From Dimorphilus gyrociliatus (taxonomy: Eukaryota; Animalia; Annelida), in the NCBI GenBank assembly GCA_904063045.1, contig CAJFCJ010000015.1, positions 186,001-250,000 of the forward strand: 64,000 nucleotides of DNA, given 5' to 3'. The notes under the pieces are model-generated. The model was not told where the DNA came from, searched no databases, and worked only from the letters and a program-made list of their open reading frames with translations. Both the position numbers and the translations under genes were made by a program. Shown here piece after piece: positions 63,593 through 64,000 of the stretch (the first letter of the stretch is position 1; the number at the start of each line of letters is the position of its first letter).

Positions 63593-64000
63593 TTAGTCAT
63601 CGTCTGAGAAACTGAGATCAAGTTCTTCGGGATTTTTATCGGGATCGTCATTCGTATTTGTCTCGGTTGACTGCTTGAAAACTCTTTTCCTTCCTTTTAT
63701 TTCTGATATTGGATCCCTTATTCCTACCATATCGCAGAATAGGTCCGTTTGTGGGTTATAATATACTGTGGGATAATTGCTTTGATAAAAGTTTCCGTTA
63801 GGATTTTCGCAAGGTGGAGCTGTCATTTCAAAGTTTTCTGGTATAAAAAAGTTTCCACCAAAGTCATCTTCCACTGCTCTTTTCTGCGCCTCAGTTGCTT
63901 CGAAATCAGAGGCTTCATCTGAATTCCTTCCAGGCATGTAATTTACAGATCTTTGAATGCTTAATAAATGGTCAGTGTTCCGTAATATTGTTATCCATTC
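63593..64000 (-). CDS. DBR1: Lariat debranching enzyme, C-terminal part (gene starts beyond the window)
   Basis: EWITILRNTDHLL...YMPG...IPENFEMTAP...NPQTDLFCDMVGI...NPEELDL is the DBR1 C-terminal domain pattern. Confidence 0.85.
   Translation of the reverse strand, partial: EWITILRNTDHLLSIQRSVNYMPGRNSDEASDFEATEAQKRAVEDDFGGNFFIPENFEMTAPPCENPNGNFYQSNYPTVYYNPQTDLFCDMVGIRDPISEIKGRKRVFKQSTETNTNDDPDKNPEELDLSFSDDD

Noticed and set aside
1-64000. Transposons, rRNA, CRISPR arrays and U12-type introns
   Set aside because: I saw no transposase or RT ORFs, terminal repeats, rRNA signatures or repeat-spacer arrays; all introns I traced were ordinary GT-AG. The many short antisense track ORFs overlap real exons and were treated as shadows.

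Overview
This is gene-dense, very AT-rich animal genomic DNA with mostly ~50-80 nt GT-AG introns. The proteins look lophotrochozoan, and the compactness resembles a miniaturised annelid such as Dimorphilus; that assignment is inference only. Splicing by hand gives about 17 protein-coding genes plus one tRNA, in order: ATP6V0E (exon 1, partial), CFAP43, an orphan Cys-rich GPI-type protein, NELFA, a C2orf42 homolog, a secreted Ly6/three-finger protein (only its last exon is in the ORF track), tRNA-Ala(CGC), MRPL50, ACSL3/4, a compact TRIP12-like HECT ligase, NCAPD2-like, a four-CARD protein, a PLEKHG5-like RhoGEF, CFAP61, ASTE1, MRPS10, DNAL1, BIN3 and DBR1 (3' part). The best leads are four. 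(1) A protein made of four tandem CARD-like domains built from a repeated two-exon module, possibly with a membrane-targeting N-terminus. (2) A secreted 10-Cys three-finger protein without a GPI tail, split by a 3.75 kb intron. (3) A DH domain with substituted catalytic-face residues. (4) RFX X-boxes in front of all three motile-cilia genes, two of which lie in tiny bidirectional promoters shared with housekeeping genes. I found no supportable transposon, rRNA or CRISPR array. All homology calls come from recalled family sequences, not database searches.
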